From positions 32,001 to 96,000 of IMG/VR virus record IMGVR_UViG_3300010262_000138: a stretch of DNA of 64,000 nucleotides; one strand, written 5' to 3'. The DNA comes from a virus (lineage: Duplodnaviria; Caudoviricetes). Both the position numbers and the translations under genes were made by a program. Shown in pieces: positions 21,043 to 31,894 of the stretch; position 1 is the first letter of the stretch; the number at the start of each line of letters is the position of its first letter. The notes under the pieces were generated by a model. It was given only the letters and a program-made list of their open reading frames with translations. It was not told where the DNA came from and ran no database searches.

Positions 21043-21816
21043 TCAACTTTTTTCTTTTGCAGTTGACCTTTTGCGTTCCTCGCGCTTCTTCATCTTAAAA
21101 TATCTGCTCCTGCCATCCCCTAAACATTCAGAGCAATAAATGCGGTTACGGTTCTTTGTCTGCGGCATCCAGCGTCCGCACTCACAGCAGCGTGAGAAAT
21201 TTTCTCCCTTAAAAGCCCTGTAAGCATATCCAAGATCCTGAAAATCTTCGTTGTTCAAGTGAATCGCCACATTTCCATCTGGGGAGAATATCAAAGGGCG
21301 GGCGCTTAAATTCATGCATCCATCTCCATACTCTACCATACCCGCCTCGTAGAGCCTTCGCACCATGTCAGTACGTTTCTTTTTGCTTAGAGATAAATTG
21401 GCCCGTTCCGCTACCTCTTTCCAGCGGCTCCCGGCAATAAAACCTTTTGACTTTTCGCTTTTTACCATTTCAAATCTTGCAAGTGCCACACAGGTAAACA
21501 GAAAACATTCCAAGTCCCTGTCTTTCAGGTTGCCTATTATCTCAATTTCTGATGAATAGATTGGTATAGACAAAATCCTATTCAGTGGAAATTTATCTCC
21601 GTTTGATACATATGTAGGGACTTTTTGGAACAACGTAGATCCTTCTGGGAGAGATTTTTCATAAGGCTCTATCAGCTTTCTGACTCGCGCCTCCGCATCG
21701 CTTTTATCCATCCCGCTCTGTACCAGATACCTTGCAGCATACATCGATGCCTCGAATGGGTCTGCTAAAACAGCAGACCCCTCGGTAATATCCTTTGCAT
21801 ACTGATATTCATTCAA
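21043..21816 (-). CDS. Hypothetical protein with HTH-like region and C-terminal Zn ribbon
   Basis: CCECG...YCSEC; coupled to RNA polymerase gene. Confidence 0.6.
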   Translation of the reverse strand: MNEYQYAKDITEGSAVLADPFEASMYAARYLVQSGMDKSDAEARVRKLIEPYEKSLPEGSTLFQKVPTYVSNGDKFPLNRILSIPIYSSEIEIIGNLKDRDLECFLFTCVALARFEMVKSEKSKGFIAGSRWKEVAERANLSLSKKKRTDMVRRLYEAGMVEYGDGCMNLSARPLIFSPDGNVAIHLNNEDFQDLGYAYRAFKGENFSRCCECGRWMPQTKNRNRIYCSECLGDGRSRYFKMKKREERKRSTAKEKS

Positions 21817-22918
21817 AATTACCTTGTAAATTTACCTGACCTCCTACATCAATAGCGCATGGAGAGAATCTTTCACCGGCATACTCAACGGCGCCGTTTT
21901 GATCAATCTCCAAATAACACAGCTTATTTCCGGATTCTTTCAAAAGATTGCGGCAAATTTGTTCAGAGCATACCAACCACGCAAACCGCTTTGACCTTTC
22001 TGATTTATAACACAGGTCAACGAGAATGTTACATAATTCCTCTGCGTTACTGACTGCCTGCCCGCACTCTGCCGTAAAATCTTCAATTATTACTGTCTTT
22101 GCCTTCTTGCTTTCTTCTTCAGATATGCGGTAAAGGCGAGCATTCTTTTCGAACTGGTCCATCTGGGAACAAAAGTCGTGATAGATTTTTTGAATCTTGG
22201 CAAAGGCCCTGCTGCTATACTCTTTATCGCTTTTTAGTAGGGAAGAGTCAAACGGATCTGCCTTATGCTCCCGCGTTTTACGAGCCTCAAAATACGCTTC
22301 CACAATATGACATAAACGGTTCATCGTACCGCCGCAGTCAATCACAGGGTTAAGACTCGCTACCTGGTCTAAGAACTCCCGCATACGCGGGGTAGGGGAC
22401 TCTTTATTTCTCAACTCTTCTATGCTTACACCGAACTCCATTCTGCAACGAGTCTGCGTCCGGTCTATGTAGTTGCGATAACGGCTTAGTTCTTCAGGAT
22501 ACCGATATATCATAAAATATGGTTTACGGTCCGCCACAATGCGTATGTTGATTGGATCGTCTGTCTCTGCGGCGGATTTACGTTTGTACCAATGTTTTGG
22601 CATCCCGTTGGAAATAATTCCTTTAAGTTTGTCGATACAATTCTGTTGTATAAATTGCCCGGAAATAACACGATATTCCAACTCTTCGTATTCTCTTTCT
22701 CCTTTAGAGAATCCCGCCTGAATATCTGTCTGGGTTGTGATTCTATTTGTCACCGAGCCAATATCATCTCCGAACCCCGCGATATTAGCCGCAATGAAAT
22801 CGCTCTCGCTCGGAATCTTTTTAGGTGCCTTCTTCTGTTCGCATTGAATAGGAAGAGTTTCCTTGTGACAACCCACCAGAACGGGATTGTCGGTCAGGAA
22901 GATTAAATCTCCATCTTT
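21809..22918 (-). CDS. YonO-like RNA polymerase, exon 2
   Basis: Frame begins KDGDLIFLTDN right after the intron terminal G; continues DIGSVTNRIT...QQNCIDKLKG. Confidence 0.88.
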   Translation of the reverse strand, partial: KDGDLIFLTDNPVLVGCHKETLPIQCEQKKAPKKIPSESDFIAANIAGFGDDIGSVTNRITTQTDIQAGFSKGEREYEELEYRVISGQFIQQNCIDKLKGIISNGMPKHWYKRKSAAETDDPINIRIVADRKPYFMIYRYPEELSRYRNYIDRTQTRCRMEFGVSIEELRNKESPTPRMREFLDQVASLNPVIDCGGTMNRLCHIVEAYFEARKTREHKADPFDSSLLKSDKEYSSRAFAKIQKIYHDFCSQMDQFEKNARLYRISEEESKKAKTVIIEDFTAECGQAVSNAEELCNILVDLCYKSERSKRFAWLVCSEQICRNLLKESGNKLCYLEIDQNGAVEYAGERFSPCAIDVGGQVNLQGNFE

Positions 22919-23169
22919 CCTTTATACTCCATGTCACCATAGAGAGTAGACTATCTCTTCACCCCATAGGGTGCCCGGCGCTTCCACGCAGGAATTTCAC
23001 CTGACATGTACTTCCTTTCGGAATAGTCGTTACACGTTCTCAAAAGAGCTTCGCACGGTATTGTCTCGGGAAGAGTTCTACCGTTAGCACAGCAAAGCTG
23101 CACACCCCGCAATTACGGGTTCACCGGGTTTTCACCGCGCCGTTTCCGACGCGGGGGACTGCTTTATCA
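22919..23169 (-). ncRNA. Group I intron (251 nt, no ORF) in RNA polymerase gene
   Basis: P1 GGAU/GUCC with U.G at splice site, core GUGUAACGACUA and AAGAGAUAGUCU, terminal G; splicing restores GADKDGD. Confidence 0.92.
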
Positions 23170-24816
23170 ATCCGCTCCATTCAATGCATGGCAGGTCATA
23201 TCATGGCAGTTTAAAAGCGTAACTGTATTCATATACCGATACCAATAGTTTGCCTCATCAGACCTGTGTATCTTCATCTTCCTGATATTATTGTGATTGC
23301 TCATTGGGGCTCGGAAACATACAACATCATCTGTCCCTTTATCGTGCCAATATCTGTTATATAGCTCCCCGGCTTTCAGCAGCCCTGTCACCGGTAATCC
23401 CCAAATGCTCTGGCACAACGCAATTGGATCGCCGCATATTACAGAGAAGTTACCCTCTACCTTAACCTTCCCGAACTTCGACTCATTTACCCTCTTCTTA
23501 ATCAGCGTCTTAATCTGATTGCGTACAAAGGGGTCTCCAAGCATCCTTCGGTCTGCCTGCAGAGCCGTAACCCAATCAAAATCTCCGCTGAATGCATTCT
23601 TCTCTGTAATACCAGTACCCCGTAAAAAGAGAAGGGTACGGTAATAATCGTCACCCATTGCATCGCTGAGTTCGTGCAGGGTAGGGGAGACCAACTCATT
23701 TATCTCATCATCGCTAAGATCATAGCTCTGAATGAACTGATAATTAAGGCGCCGCTCTTTATCAAGCTCTCTCGAAGTCACTTTTGTAGCTGAAAAGGTA
23801 TATCCATTTACACTGCAATTTTGCAGATAATCATCGATATTTGCGTAAGAATCCCATAATTTCAGCATAGAAGCAGTCAAAATCAGCTCAATTTCGTTGA
23901 TTTTGTGCTTATTTCCCCAGATGTCTACCGCCGCATCCTTTTGTGCTATTGATGACGCAAATTCATGAAAATCAAATGTAAATGCCATACCTTTACAAAA
24001 ACTATTGCGCAGACAAAGCCCAGACGGAAGATAGTCAAGCTGAAGCTCTTCCTGCCATCGCATAGCTAGGGCGGGGGACATCACTCCGTATCCATCGCTA
24101 TCAATCAACTCTACGTCTCCGTTTTTGATAACTTCCATACTTGGTTCTCCGGTAGGTGAGTCCTTCAGAAGAATGTAATCCGAGTTGAAGTGAACAACGC
24201 AGTCGTCTACGACAAGAACCCCTTTTGGTATACTGAGAGGGGTTGATGCGGAACAAATCAAGGCGCGATATGCCTCTAGCTTCGCCGGCACAAACTCTTT
24301 ATCCATGCGTCGCCCATTGTCCGCTCGTCGCCGCAGTTCTTCTAAAAGTTCCGCTCCATTCCTTGTATACTCTGAAATAAATACAACGGTTGAGTTTTTT
24401 ACGCCCCCGGTAGTCCCGACAAATCGTTGGTAGGTCATTCCATTGACCTTAAACCCTTTACACGCCCGGAGAAAATCCTTATTGGAATTACACACCAAGC
24501 AGATGTATTCCGGTACGAATTGGATCTCATTCAATGCAGAATACAGCAATTTTATGCGGTTTTCCACCTCTTTTGAACGTTTTTCTCTCCGCAATTCACG
24601 TAATTCTGTGCGAATTTTCTCGAATTTATCCAGATTTTTATGAAGATCAATACCGGCTATCTGCTCGATCATACGGATACAGGTGCTTTCCGCGAGTGAA
24701 ATCACAGCCCCGGACCTCTTGGCGTCGCGCAGCGAGATATTGTAATCCCAGTTGGACTTCCTCAATTCTTCGGTGGATAACTTCAAAACCTGCCTGAGAT
24801 AAGAATACTGCTTTAT
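23170..24816 (-). CDS. YonO-like single-subunit (RdRP-fold) RNA polymerase, exon 1
   Basis: DSDGYG, LRNSFCKG, LNYQFIQ, FRAP, LNGAD motifs; AAGGAGG SD 8 nt before ATA at 24816; spliced product ~918 aa. Confidence 0.88.
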
Positions 24817-24913
24817 GAAATCAGCCTCCTTTTTTGTGCATACAGTAATAGAAAATGAGAATAGACAACCCAAAACGATAATCTATTCGAAGTGGATTAA
24901 GAGTTCCCCAAAA

Positions 24914-25228
24914 TCAATTACTGTGAATGGATTTATGCATCTGTTTCATGCGTTCTGCCGCCGCCGCTCTCAACGCATCAGGCGCTTTGCGTTTTGGGGC
25001 GGTCGTTGACCGAATCGTTATCATATTCTCCGGCGCCTCAAAGAGAGCGTAAACAGCCTCACCGCTTTCATCAAACTCCTCCCTTGTTATCTCCCATCCC
25101 ATTTTCCTGAACTTACGGATATAGCGGGGGATAGAAGCCTCTACCTTCCACTTACGGTCGGTATCGTCCAGCCACATATGTACTTCGCGTTCTTCTGTCG
25201 TCAAAGCCTTCATCGTCTCACCCCACAA
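24914..25228 (-). CDS. Hypothetical protein
   Basis: EEREVH...IRKF motif, coupled ORF. Confidence 0.6.
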   Translation of the reverse strand: MWGETMKALTTEEREVHMWLDDTDRKWKVEASIPRYIRKFRKMGWEITREEFDESGEAVYALFEAPENMITIRSTTAPKRKAPDALRAAAAERMKQMHKSIHSN

Positions 25229-25715
25229 TCTTATTGATGTAATAGATCCCGTCGCTGCACCAGACCTCTACATCCGGCTCATAGCGAAGAAAATCTTTCA
25301 GATGGTCCCGGCAATACAGATAAGCCGTTCTTCCGGCGCGGACTTCACGCAGGGCCTCGTTCATCATCTGGCGGTAATAACAGTAAAGCGGCGTAGTATT
25401 ATCGTCAGACGACCAACCCTCGTTCTTTCCCCTCGGGAGGAGCTTGCGGCCGGCAGGCGTAATCCCATTCTTCAGATTCGCCACCAGCTCACCGCAGTCA
25501 ACTCCGCTTTCTTTATTTCCGAAATAATCACACACCACTTCTTCTTCCTCTCCTTTTACTCCGCATTCCTTTACGTGCAGACAGCATTTGCACAGATTAT
25601 TTAGCTTCACTCTATAAACTGGCTCCTTCCCATCAAGGGTTATTTGTATTTTGTACCAGCTCGGAAAGCCGGTCTGACAGCTCCGCAGAGATGCCGACCA
25701 TAGCGCAGCACTCAT
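25218..25715 (-). CDS. Hypothetical protein (start uncertain)
   Basis: ORF in antirepressor operon; start probably near 25620. Confidence 0.5.
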   Translation of the reverse strand: MSAALWSASLRSCQTGFPSWYKIQITLDGKEPVYRVKLNNLCKCCLHVKECGVKGEEEEVVCDYFGNKESGVDCGELVANLKNGITPAGRKLLPRGKNEGWSSDDNTTPLYCYYRQMMNEALREVRAGRTAYLYCRDHLKDFLRYEPDVEVWCSDGIYYINKIVG

Positions 25716-25821
25716 TCCATTCGCACCACCATGCGCAGCTCTCTTTACTGCACGATCTGTTTCCAGCTACTTTGAGAGGACACATCTTATTTTCCAATCC
25801 TAATTTCCTCCTCCGGTTCAC
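25633..25821 (-). CDS. Small Cys-rich hypothetical protein
   Basis: CPL...C..ESCAWW....CCA motif; GGAGG SD. Confidence 0.55.
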   Translation of the reverse strand: MNRRRKLGLENKMCPLKVAGNRSCSKESCAWWCEWNECCAMVGISAELSDRLSELVQNTNNP

Positions 25822-25975
25822 GAGGCCACTGAAATTCAGACTTAATGGCTTCCAACTTAGCGGCCATTATAGCCAGCCTCGCTTTCGCTTTCTTTTCTCT
25901 CAACTCGTAATCTAAATTTTTGACTTTAACTTTCATGAGCCCTCCATTTGCGGGGCGGGTATCAACCCGCCGCAT
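25787..25975 (-). CDS. Small hypothetical protein
   Basis: GGAGG SD before internal MKVKVK. Confidence 0.45.
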   Translation of the reverse strand: MRRVDTRPANGGLMKVKVKNLDYELREKKAKARLAIMAAKLEAIKSEFQWPREPEEEIRIGK

Positions 25976-26744
25976 ACTCTTTTCTCAGCTTCTCGACGAT
26001 ATACATCTGGCCTTTACCAGTTACCAGAGTAACAGGGAAGATCTTATGCCCATATGTAGTTTCCTTCGCAACCTCCTTTACATCGAATAATCCGGAGGAG
26101 ACATACTGCTGGTAAGGCTCGTTGTTTTCCCGCAGGATCTTTTTGTCCCTAAGCCACCGGAGCAGCTTGTTGCGCCCGAGAGGAATATTCTCATCGTGGA
26201 CCAGTTTTGCCATCTGGGACATCGTAATCAGGTCTTTCGAGTTGCCAACCTTCTCAGCAAACTCCACCATAGGCTTCTGAGACTCAATGACCTTCTCCTG
26301 CGCCGCAGTCTTTTCTTCCAGAAGCAACCGCTGTTCACGCTCCGCTTTGAGATCCGTAGCCAGACGAATGATGGTGTCGGGGTTAAGGAGAACTTTTTCA
26401 ATTGTTTCAGGGGTCATATAGGCGCCATGCTTGCGGATAGAGGGAATAACTTCGTCAGCAATCTTTGCCTGAAATGCTTCTGCGGCCTCGTTTTTAGCTT
26501 TCATAGCAAGGCGGTAGAAGATGTTTTCGGGGATGAAATCGGGGCAACCATTGCCATCCCCACTTGTGGGGACGCCGAGTTCTGTGAGATATTTTCGTAC
26601 CCGCTCCCACCGTACAGCTTCGTTGCCGCTGGCTGCAATTTGGGTAAACCCCAAGCCTCGGGCCACCGTTTCGAGCTTCAGATAGGCCGTTCCATCCTTC
26701 TCATAACACTCGATTCCTTTGATAGTAATGATGTTGTTTTCCAT
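25962..26744 (-). CDS. Phage antirepressor (BRO-N + KilA-C/ANT domains)
   Basis: ADEVIPSIRKHGAYMTP, GRNKLLRWLR, PYQQY, TLVTGKGQ; ATG 26744 after AAAGGA. Confidence 0.88.
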   Translation of the reverse strand: MENNIITIKGIECYEKDGTAYLKLETVARGLGFTQIAASGNEAVRWERVRKYLTELGVPTSGDGNGCPDFIPENIFYRLAMKAKNEAAEAFQAKIADEVIPSIRKHGAYMTPETIEKVLLNPDTIIRLATDLKAEREQRLLLEEKTAAQEKVIESQKPMVEFAEKVGNSKDLITMSQMAKLVHDENIPLGRNKLLRWLRDKKILRENNEPYQQYVSSGLFDVKEVAKETTYGHKIFPVTLVTGKGQMYIVEKLRKEYAAG

Positions 26745-26963
26745 TTGCAGCTTCCTTTCATAACTTGATATAAGATTGTTTTCTATAAGCTGCGCCCACA
26801 AGTGGGCACGATTTTCGACCACTTGTGGTCGAAGCTCCTACCGGATAGGAGTCGGCGGATCACCGATTCCTTAATCCCGATCCCTCATGGGGGTGGTGTT
26901 TCACCACCCCGCGCGACAATTTTTCCCACACTCCTCTCACAATTTGCGTTTAAATATAGTAAT

Positions 26964-27095
26964 GCCCGGTACAGTGATGTGGATGGATTTTCCCACCAGT
27001 GGCGCAGCCACGTCGATGGATTTTATATCTCATCCGCTACCGGGGCCAACCGGTATCGGAATCCTTGAGCGCGAACGGCAGGGCCAACCACCGTC
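26964..27095 (-). promoter_or_regulatory. Putative sRNA target in antirepressor leader
   Basis: Two TTGGCC-loop hairpins, then CCATCCACATCACTGT-A-CCGGGC, complementary (22 of 23 nt) to the 50033-50115 sRNA loop. Confidence 0.65.
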
Positions 27096-27177
27096 CGGGC
27101 ATACTATTCAAATTTAGCTGGGATTACGCGAAACACCCCATCAGTGTTTTTATGTACGTTTGAACCTTCAACTGCCA

Positions 27178-28143
27178 TTAAAACCCTGCCGCCTCCTCCA
27201 CTCGTTTATGATTTCCTCCGCCGTAATAGACAAGCGGATTGACGAATATAAACTTCTTATTAACGCCCCACCCGTCACCATCAACCTGTGCGGCAATGTG
27301 CTGCTGCCGGCCATTAAGAGGGAAGGTTAACCGAAACAGATCTTCAGACAGACGCCTGGCGTTTTTCCGAGAATACCCTACAATATCGCAGAAATCGCCT
27401 ATAGAAAGCGGTTCAATTCTCCTCAGTCGGTTTTCCAACGGATTTTTACAGAGGATGTTATATTCCAGATTAGCGTAGGGCATAGCCCTCAGCAGGTATC
27501 CAAGCCTGACAATATCCTGCGGCCGTGAATTAAGATAAAAACTTTTCAATGCAGCGGAATATATCCTCGTAATACGTTTCCCTTCATCAAAAATCTGATT
27601 ACGGAAAGAGTCCCTTATTGACCCCCGTCGAAAATACTTCTGATCCAATTTACAGCGTCCACTATCTTTGAAGAATATCTCGCATCGCTTTACCTCATCC
27701 GTAAAATCATAAAACTGACTGGCGCTCAAATTCAACAAGCCGACAATATCACAGGATTTTAATACCGCGCCGTTGCTGTCGGTAATAACCCCATCATAGT
27801 CCATCCAATTAGCGAGATACATCAGTCTCGTCAAATGGGCTGGGCTGATATTAGGAAAGAGACAATGGGATGTCTCATGGATGCTCCAAACAAAATTACC
27901 ATATTTGGCAAAGGCGCTGTTGATCCGATTCCTTACCGGCACGCCCGGCGTTTCATCAGGAGGATGGAGATCTTCCAAAGAGCTCACAACTCCCTCAGAG
28001 GCTTTCTTACGGCGGACCACCTTAAGCCTCTCAAATCTTACATCGTCCACACCGGATACTCTGGCCCCCGGACTCAGCACATCAATAACTTCACCCGTAG
28101 TTTCGGAAACCAATAACATCCGCTCATTGATTCTGGTTGACAA
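27178..28143 (-). CDS. RepL-like winged-helix protein (possible replication/regulatory protein)
   Basis: Two repeated modules ending in FVNPLVYYGG-type motif, HTH-like segments. Confidence 0.5.
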   Translation of the reverse strand: MSTRINERMLLVSETTGEVIDVLSPGARVSGVDDVRFERLKVVRRKKASEGVVSSLEDLHPPDETPGVPVRNRINSAFAKYGNFVWSIHETSHCLFPNISPAHLTRLMYLANWMDYDGVITDSNGAVLKSCDIVGLLNLSASQFYDFTDEVKRCEIFFKDSGRCKLDQKYFRRGSIRDSFRNQIFDEGKRITRIYSAALKSFYLNSRPQDIVRLGYLLRAMPYANLEYNILCKNPLENRLRRIEPLSIGDFCDIVGYSRKNARRLSEDLFRLTFPLNGRQQHIAAQVDGDGWGVNKKFIFVNPLVYYGGGNHKRVEEAAGF

Positions 28144-28679
28144 ATTATATCTCCAATCTTCGTGTTTTATGGCAATTCGTTAAAAAATCTCCTCAAATAC
28201 CAATAGGAAATGGGGTAAAATGTCCTCAAATACCGGAGTAACAAAAATGCCACTTAATCCCTGAAAAATCAGGGCTTTACTCGCTAAAATCTTCGGGCCG
28301 CCCTTCTATATCTACGCACAAGTCCGAGGGGGAGCCGCAGGACGTAGCTGCGACAAGCGAACGAGTATTTTGTTTGGAGAAACTATATGTAAATACCCAA
28401 CGCTGAATGGAAGCGGAAAACAAAATGCGAAGTGAGCGCCCGTTCTCTTTACCAATAAAACCAAAGTCTAAAGAAAGCCTGTAGTGTAAAAGTAACTCAA
28501 GTGTTGTTCCTCCTTTAGTCGGCACATAAATCCAAATTATTCCAATCAATTTATTAGTTACATTAAATACTAAATATTAGCTTTGTGCCTATTGTAACAT
28601 AATATCCAAAAAAGTCAAGTAGTCATTTAAGATTTTGTTTATTACTTTACTGATGCCTATAATATAATACCTAAAGCTA

Positions 28680-28950
28680 AGTAGTACCTCTGGCTTAAGG
28701 CAGTGCTGACAGCTACGTTCCGTATCTTTTAAAAAATAAAATAACGTATCTCTTACCTGAAATACAGCAGTGCCTCTATAGATACGCAGTGCTGAACGAT
28801 AAGTAATAAGATACGTATTGATAGGCAGTTCCTCTGCCCGAAGTCAGTGCCTATGGGTTCATCGTTTCCATCGTTCTCTTAAAAAAATAAAAAATATCGC
28901 GTCTTAACACCTACAACCTTGCACTTCCTTCAGTTAGAGGAACTGCCTAT
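28680..28950. repeat. Cluster of short direct/inverted repeats in non-coding region
   Basis: About 7 GCAGT(G/T)C variants; perfect 15-bp inverted pair 28821-28835 / 28936-28950; two TAAAAAATAAAA-type tracts. Confidence 0.55.
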
Positions 28951-30258
28951 GTATCCACACCTTTTTTCTTCTACTGGCATGGTGAGGCGACGGCCTCTCA
29001 TCGCTTGGAAGCGACTGGACAAATAGGGGACGCTGACGCTCCCCCTACCCCCATTTGTAGCCAGTCCCATCCAAACGAACGCACTCTCAACCCAACACGA
29101 ACGTACCGTTCGCGCCGGGACCCTGAGTGCTTTCGAGGTTGGCGACGTCTCCGCAACCCCACCATGCCTTATCAGTGCGTAAATAAAGAATAGCACTCTA
29201 TTACCGGGCTGCCGCCCAGACCTGCTCCTCGCCGGAAGGCAGGGAAAAAAGCTTTGCTTTATTCCTGTGCAAGAGGATAATCCGAGAACCTTTTGTCAAT
29301 AGGACTTTCGCGGCATATGCTCGCCCTGCCGGGCTCCTCTATTCCACGTTCCATTGACAACCGGTTCCGCTCCATTGGAAAACTTTAGAGTAATCCTAAG
29401 TATTAAGCCAATGATTTGTTACAGGCAAAAAATAAAGCGAGACGATTTTGATCGCCTCGTTATTTCTTTTATAGGCAGCTTGCGGTAAATACCCGTACTG
29501 CCTTTATTCAAATGTGGCTAATAGTTTTCTTCCCCTCTACAGGAGAATGAATGCCTCTACTTATCGGCGCGTATTGGCTGAATGATTTATTATTTGTTTT
29601 AATTTTATGTGCTCAATTCGCATCTTTTTCCCTTTAATCAAATGGGTAAGCATAATTTTACGCAGTGGTTTTGTTAGCGCTGGGCGGAACAGTTTGCACT
29701 GCACTGTCTTTCTTTATTGCTATTTTGTAATTGCTTTTATTACAAGTTATGTAACTGAAGATGGTTAATAAATATTAGATGTTTTAATTATTATCGAGTA
29801 AACAGGTTGGAGATATCGAAGTAAAGTGCCAGAAGTATCAGAGAGAGGTAAAAGAATAGCAGAATGGTAAGATTAAATGAGAATTTGATAATAGATGATG
29901 GAAAAATAATGGAGATGGATTGATATAAGAGGGGAGGATCGAAGAGAAATTGAGGATAAAAGGGGTGGGAATTGAGAAATTTTAGGATGAGTGAGAAATA
30001 CGAACTTATCCAATTCCCCTGAAAAAAAGTCGCTCAAAAAATGTAAAATATCCCCTTGCCGGGTCAGGCTGATTTTCCCGTTTGGCACTAAGTGAAAATC
30101 TACCGGATTAGTGCACTTTAACGGCCTACGTCCGTCCTGCATCTGCCTTGCATCCGGTTGCGGCTCTTGCGTTGACGTGGGCGCCTGGATAATCGCGGCA
30201 TATGTGTATATATACATACATATGATGAATAATATACATTTTTATTAAAAACTGTTGC

Positions 30259-30462
30259 TTATTCCTCATCTATCCCATCATCAGACAACACAACCTTCAA
30301 CAGCGTACTTGTTACAAAACCGTTGAAACTCAAATTTTTCGCATCACAATACGCTTTTATCAACTCTAACTCATTTATTTTGAATTTTACGCCTATTGTC
30401 TTGTATGTTTTTTTGTCATATTGCTTTATATATTCTAATTGTTTTTTACTTGTTTTAGGCAT
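30259..30462 (-). CDS. Small ribbon-helix-helix (Arc-like) DNA-binding protein
   Basis: KQYDKKTY..IGVKF...IKAYC...SFNGFV pattern; AAAGGA SD. Confidence 0.6.
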   Translation of the reverse strand: MPKTSKKQLEYIKQYDKKTYKTIGVKFKINELELIKAYCDAKNLSFNGFVTSTLLKVVLSDDGIDEE

Positions 30463-30978
30463 ATTGCCATATCCTTTCTTTTCGCTTTTGAAAATGAATG
30501 AAAATTAAAGAAAAACGCAGAAAACAAGAGATATTGCAATAAAAATGCGGAACAATTACGGGTAATCTCCCTTAATCGTCTAAAATAAGGTTTTACAACA
30601 TAATAGCGACTATGCTAAGATATGACCATCAAATCAAACAACGATTTGTCCGGCGGCGCGGTTACGCCGATGTTGTAACGATTGACGCGGAAACGAGTGA
30701 CCCGCCCAAAAGCGGGAAGGAACGAACCTTGACAAGACAGGCGCAAGCCGTCAAAGAATGCCGATGCCGATACCATCATTGACGCATCACGCCGGGCCGG
30801 AACCGTCCACCATAGCGGCAAAGGACCATCCCGGCAAGCATCTTTGACGCACTTAAACCTTGACCATAGCATAACACATGCAAAGCGATTTTGCAACGTG
30901 TGAACGGTTAGCGGCGCGGGGAACCGCGCATTACATAGGGTAACTATACCCATTTACAAATTGAGAGGAGAAAAAACC

Positions 30979-31716
30979 ATGACCAACACTAATAATGCTA
31001 TCGTTACCAATGCAAGCATCATCGCCGGGTTGACTGCCGAAAACGTCAAGATTGACGTTAAGGCCAACAACAAAGTTTCCGTCGCGTGTGAAGTGTCCTT
31101 GCTGGACGGCGCAACGGAGATCGAGACAAAAGCCTATAAAGGCGCGGTAAAAACCCTTGCAAAGAAGGCGCTGCGGGAATACCATGAAAAGCTTTATCAT
31201 GGGCACCCAATGCAGGCAATCGCAAATCACACCTATGATCTTTTCTTTGAAAGCGATGTTTTCTCCGCGACTATTCCCGCTATTGGCACATTGGACGCGG
31301 AAAACAAGGCACTCTACAAAGAAAAAGTGCTTTACCTGCAAAAGTTTGGTAAAGAGTGGATCAATTCAGAGGACAAAGAAAGCAGGCTGCGCACAAAGCT
31401 TTTCACCGACATCAAAAAGGCAATGCAGGACATTTTCAGAGCGTTTGACCCGGAAACGAACATCAACCCGAATGACAAAGATGTCCGTATGTTCCTGTCT
31501 ATCCTAGGCAAGATTAAAGGCGACAAATTCACCACTTCAGGAGATAGGGCCGTTATGGTTGCGGTAGAATTTGCCATCTATCATAAAATTCTGGGCAAAG
31601 AATACTTTATGGACCTTTACACCTCTAATAAGGACTGGGACGGCATAAAGGGAAAACCCGCAAAGGAAGATCCCGCGCAAGAGGAACCCGCGAAAGAGGA
31701 AAAAGAGGCTGCATAG
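30979..31716 (+). CDS. Hypothetical protein, first gene of rightward block
   Basis: GAGGAG SD, ATG 30979, biased codons. Confidence 0.7.
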   Translation: MTNTNNAIVTNASIIAGLTAENVKIDVKANNKVSVACEVSLLDGATEIETKAYKGAVKTLAKKALREYHEKLYHGHPMQAIANHTYDLFFESDVFSATIPAIGTLDAENKALYKEKVLYLQKFGKEWINSEDKESRLRTKLFTDIKKAMQDIFRAFDPETNINPNDKDVRMFLSILGKIKGDKFTTSGDRAVMVAVEFAIYHKILGKEYFMDLYTSNKDWDGIKGKPAKEDPAQEEPAKEEKEAA

Positions 31717-31894
31717 CCTCTTTTTTCTTTGCTCTTTTTTTGAGAAGCCGTCCGGGCTTTCTTTTTTTCTTTACGGGCCAGGCCGCCAGGCCGCAAAACC
31801 CAGGAACCCAGGCCGCCAGGCCGCAGCTCCCACAAGTTGAATCAGAAATCCGAAATACGCCATAAGTGCGCCCAAACGCAGGACAGGAGGAACT

